Shown here piece after piece: positions 61,485 to 64,000 of a stretch of 64,000 nucleotides of DNA (its first letter is position 1; each line of letters starts with the position of its first letter). The translations under genes were made by a program, and so were the position numbers. Under the pieces are notes generated by a model, which had not been told where the DNA came from, searched no databases, and saw only the letters and a program-made list of their open reading frames with translations. The DNA comes from Octopus sinensis (lineage: Eukaryota), in assembly GCF_006345805.1 (NCBI RefSeq), contig NC_043010.1, positions 19,530,001 to 19,594,000 on the forward strand. Direction: 5' to 3'.

Positions 61485-63289
61485 CCTTACTCTCTGAGTA
61501 CATCCCCAGTTACCTCCCTTTTTATAGTCTCCCTCTCTTCACATTAAACTCTCTCCCTCATTTCAACCATCTGTTTGCTAAATTGTTGGAAATTAATGAA
61601 AGTCACAAAGTACCATTAATATTTATACCTTGTTATAAACTTTAATAAATAACAAATGATATTTTGGAGGTGGCGGTAGTAGTTGTAGTAGCAACAAACT
61701 TCATTTTCGAGTTTGTCTTTAAATTCCTATGTTTGTCACATTGCATTGTGGTCAGTGTTGCTGACAGTGGTGATGATCATGTTGTGGAGTTTGTAGTATG
61801 AAAAAAAGAAAGGGGGAGAGAGAGAATGACATGGTAGTGGCGGTGGTGGTGGTGGTGCTGCTGCTGTTGATGTGGTAATGTTGTAGTATAGTAATCAGAA
61901 CACTCCAAAGTCAAGGGGATGAGATGAGTTGAACTCGATGGGTTCACGTTAAACCATCAATATATTAAAGTGTTAATTAACCCTTGCCCAACTGATCCAA
62001 TTTGATTGATTTTCATTCCATTTCGCATCCCGCAACAACAAAGGGTTGAGGCCTGTAGCTTAGTGGTTAGGGTGTCGGACTCGTGATGGTAAGATTGTGG
62101 TTTCAATTTCTGGATCAGGCGACATGTGTTAATGAGCAAAGCAGTTCATTTCACATTGCTCCAGTCCACTCAGCCAGCAAGAGTGAGAAATCCTGCAATG
62201 GACTGACATCCCATCCAGTGGGAAATTTATACGCTTCAAAAGGATCTTTACTTATATCCTTATCAACAACAAAGGGTTAATGTCAAACCGTCACCATAAT
62301 GAAGTGTTAATAACCCTAATCCAATGGAAGTGGCTTATTGTGATCACATTTTGATAATAATAATAAGCTGATAATATTAAGCAGAGGATCTAATAATATC
62401 TCTTACTTTTTTACCTGTTTCAATCATTTGACTGTGGCTATACTGGAGCACCGCCTTTAGTCAAGCAAATTGACCCCAGGACTTATTCTTTGTAATCCTA
62501 GTACTTATTCTATCGGTCTATTTTGCCAAACTACTAAGTTACCAGCATTGGTTGTCAAGCAATGTTGGGGGGGGGGACAAACACAGATACACAAACATAT
62601 ACTCACACACACACACACACACATATATACATGATGAGCTTCTTTCAGTTTCCCTCTACCATATCCATTCACAAAGCTTTGGTCTACCAAATCCACTCAT
62701 GAGGCTTTGGTCGGGCCGAGGCTATAGTAGAAGACACTTGCCAAAGGTGCCACGCAGTGGGACTGAACCCGGAGCCATGTGGTTGGTAAGCAAGCTGCTT
62801 ACCACAAAGCCACTCCTGTAGTTGTTTCTATCAATTTTTTAATCTTTTATCATTTACTTGTCTCAGTCATTAGACTGTGGCCATACTGGGGCACTGCCTT
62901 GAGGAATTTTAGTCGAATAAATCAACCCCAATGCATTTTTTTAACCCTGGTACTTATTCTATTGGACTCTTTTGTTGAACTGCTAAGTTACCTGGATATA
63001 AATACACCAACACCGGTTGGCAAGCAGTGGTAGGTGACAAACACACACGCACACATATATGACAGGCTTCTTTCAGTTTCTATCTCAAGTCCATTCACAA
63101 GGCTTTGATTGGCCTGAAGCTATAGTAGAAAGCACTTACCCAAGATGCCATGCATTGGGACTGAACCTGGATCCATCTGGTTGGGAAGCAAACTTCTTAC
63201 CTCACAGCCATTTTAGATAAAGAGCTGAGACCCACTAATTTTGATCCCCAAAACTGTTTTGATGACATCAGATATTATATTAGTTGAAA

Positions 63290-63440
63290 TTTACAGAAAG
63301 ACAAAGACAGGTGTGTATGAACAACAAGCAGGTGTACTAGTTTGACACTCAGAAAAGTGAGAAAGTTTTTTACATTTCGAGCCTATGCTCTTCAGTAGAA
63401 AGGAATAAGAGAAAATAGACAGAGAGAGAATAAAAAACTT
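63290..63440 (-). mobile_element. Penelope-like LTR fragment homologous to 50590-50790
   Basis: Shared ...TTTACRTTTCGAGCCTAYGCTCTTCA..AGAAAG motif and flanks. Confidence 0.6.
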
Positions 63441-64000
63441 GTGACTTCTTTGATATTCCTAATATATTGAACCTTCAGATCCTTAGCAGTGATACTGTCA
63501 CACCCTTAAAATTAGTGTTACTTTCAAACATATGCAAATATCACATATTGGGCCCCAACATTAAATGATTGCCTTCATTGATGAAAAAATGTAAATGAAA
63601 GATGCATTCAATTGGTATGTATTTTCTTGGTCCCAAGAGAATGAAATTTAAACTTCCAGAAGTAGGATTTGAACTCGAGATGCAAAGGGAGATAACTTGT
63701 TGCTTCAAGTCAACGTTAAGTTTGACATGTGTCTGTTTTGGCTTAACTCTATCACAGCAAAATTAAATTTCATGTTTATTCCAGTAATGATGTTAAATAT
63801 CTGCCAAAAATTAGAATTGATATTTTTCGCAAGTCACATTATCTGAACTAAAGGTAGATTGATATATAAAACTACTTTCTGTAGTTATGAAACTCTGAGT
63901 TGATAAATTTGATTTCCACTGTAAAAGAATTTCCACTAAAGTCTATTATATGTGTAATGTCTGTGTGGAACAGTTGTAGTCTGAAATGTTCTTGATTTTT

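Overview
This is AT-rich, extremely repeat-dense eukaryotic DNA. The tRNA-derived SINE families, RTE tails and (TA)n/(CA)n/(AAT)n load look like a coleoid cephalopod, most likely Octopus; this is recognition from the sequence, not a database hit. Almost every ORF in the supplied track is a microsatellite or SINE artefact. The window appears to be mostly intronic sequence of one + strand gene for a coiled-coil protein I cannot name. Its parts are a TATA/Inr/DPE core promoter at ~1.8 kb, a candidate first coding exon (2470-2625), well-supported phase-0 exons at 41685-41906 and 45987-46148, and weaker downstream candidates. The repeats comprise several SINE families, RTE LINE 3' fragments, piggyBac-, hAT- and Helentron-type non-autonomous elements and an internally deleted mariner. 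The standout signal is a zoo of type I hammerhead ribozyme (HHR) motifs with palindromic helix III, the form known from Penelope-like LTRs and retrozymes. There are at least five sequence families: three motifs with complete cores, three near-complete or core-variant motifs, and several decayed or half copies. One family has a tRNA-like Pol III head. It occurs twice as a head-to-head inverted dimer flanked by a 10-bp target-site duplication (29715-30114; 58753-59209, inside a mariner), suggesting a SINE-like ribozyme retroelement. Two tandem pairs of RFX X-boxes (15272-15309, 52895-52944) suggest intronic RFX enhancers. Repeat boundaries were read by eye and are approximate (+/-10-20 bp) unless TIR/TSD coordinates are given.
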